Shown here piece after piece: positions 62,501-64,000 of a stretch of 64,000 bases of DNA; the first letter of the stretch is position 1; every line of letters begins with the position of its first letter. Source of the DNA: Mytilus trossulus (taxonomy: Eukaryota); assembly GCF_036588685.1 (NCBI RefSeq), contig NC_086377.1:11718001-11782000 (forward strand), in the 5' to 3' direction. The translations under genes were made by a program, and so were the position numbers. The notes under the pieces were generated by a model. That model made no database searches. It was not told the origin of the DNA and was given only the letters and a program-made list of their open reading frames with translations.

Positions 62501-64000
62501 ATGATTCCACTGTTTAAAAACAAGCCAATTCAGTTGCAATGATCAGGTATTGGATGGATAAGACGGAAAATGTGGATAAAACGAGAAAAAACATAAATAG
62601 TAACGGCAGATCAGCCACTTTTGGTAATGGATATTCTGTGGGAATTGCCTGATTTGTACAGAGAAGATAAGTTTATCGTCATGTAAGGTGGATTTCACAT
62701 TGAAATGACTTGTTATAAAATTCTGGGTGATATATTACGTGAAGGTAGATGGACACATGTGTCATGTGTCCTCACTAAAACCATTATTGCAACACCTAGA
62801 ACGGCATATTCTTGTACATGTTCAAATTTACCTAAGACTAGACACGCGCATCAGATAACTCCATGTGTTTTATCTTCAAAGGTATATATCGGCTTAAGAA
62901 AGCTAAACACAGAAATTATAATCATGTCATGACTCTGTGACGTTCAATGATTTGATAAACTGGCGTAGGAGAATATAGTCATCTCTATCACAGTTCAACT
63001 CCTGGCGTTCAATTATAAAATAAGAACTTCTTGTGAATTTGGTAGTATGCTTATTTCATGAGTCAGATTTTGTACAAACAGTCCATATAAAGCATGGTAT
63101 TGTATTCATTTAGGTCTTGATCGTGTAACATATTCTCGATCGCAACCGACCTTCTCCGAGATATGGCTTCCCTTCTTTTAAGTCACCCACAGGTGGCAAT
63201 TGATTTTGAAAATGATAATTTTATTGTACGTAAGACCAGAAAATAGTTTTCTTATAACACAATTGATCAGAAAAAAAACAGAATAATGCAATTGTAAAGG
63301 GCGATGTGTTGTCATAGGTTTAACCGAAGACCTCATTTAGACGTATTGATAGTAGCTAGACCAGAAGTCAGTAGACTATTAGATACATTTGCAAGATCTA
63401 GTGGTTTGAGGCATTCTATAAAAGATGAACGACTTAATGAACACACAAGGGTTTCTTTAAAAAGATCAAAGGCAAATAATTTGAAGATCGTTTGAAGCAA
63501 ACACAAAACGAAGGAGAACCGGTTTCTTATAACCAGATTAAAAATAACAACTCCTATTATGTCGGTAAAATAAAAGTGTAAACGTTTTTGTAAAAAACAA
63601 AGTTAGAGCTCTCAGATATCTTTTCTAGACTTTTATTTGTTGTCGCAGTGGACAAATTGATTTGGAACATTTCTTATGCCATAAAGACAAACTGCTTCTC
63701 CGTTTTTGTCTTCGGATGTCATTATAAACAGTGGTATTAAATCAGTGCAAATGTATAAACTTGAAACATTTTGTAATTTGCAGATCCAAATTCTGACGTA
63801 TTTATGATCGTTGATAGAGCAGCAATGGTTAATTCCAGGCCACTTTGTAGGTAATCAATATTCGATGATTTTGCAATTTTGTTATACGGCCTTAAATAAA
63901 ATTTTGCATCGATAAGTATTCAAGCGTAATTATTGTGATAGATTTACTAAATCAATCATTGAAAGGCTAGATGTGAGAAGACAAAAGTTGGGTTCTGGAG

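Overview
AT-rich, repeat-dense animal DNA. The repeat families and the C1q gene suggest a bivalve, probably a mussel (Mytilus-like); this is an inference. Most ORFs in the supplied track are spurious. Three spliced genes can be assembled by hand. (1) A two-exon secreted C1q-domain gene (+, 6841-8531) with a 1-bp frameshift. (2) A five-coding-exon gene (-, 32586 to 24542) encoding a 1079-aa secreted protein with a long helical core, two furin sites, a Cys-rich module and a Link-like C-terminus. Its last intron contains about 29 tandem copies of the preceding exon end plus splice donor. (3) A micro-exon gene (-, at least 58871 to 47732) that the ORF track almost entirely misses. It has symmetrical phase-2 exons of 27, 66, 21, 6, 3, 3, 3, 6 and 15 nt plus a terminal exon, which join into an open C4 zinc-ribbon peptide (MPKEQGKNLFRCINCRQEKRVNVKIYNLCQCSCGGFMSYIKEH). 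The window also has a hammerhead-ribozyme retrozyme tandem (53026-53695) with many decayed copies, tRNA-derived SINEs, a Penelope-like RT fragment, nested non-autonomous DNA transposons with visible TIRs/TSDs, and several minisatellites.
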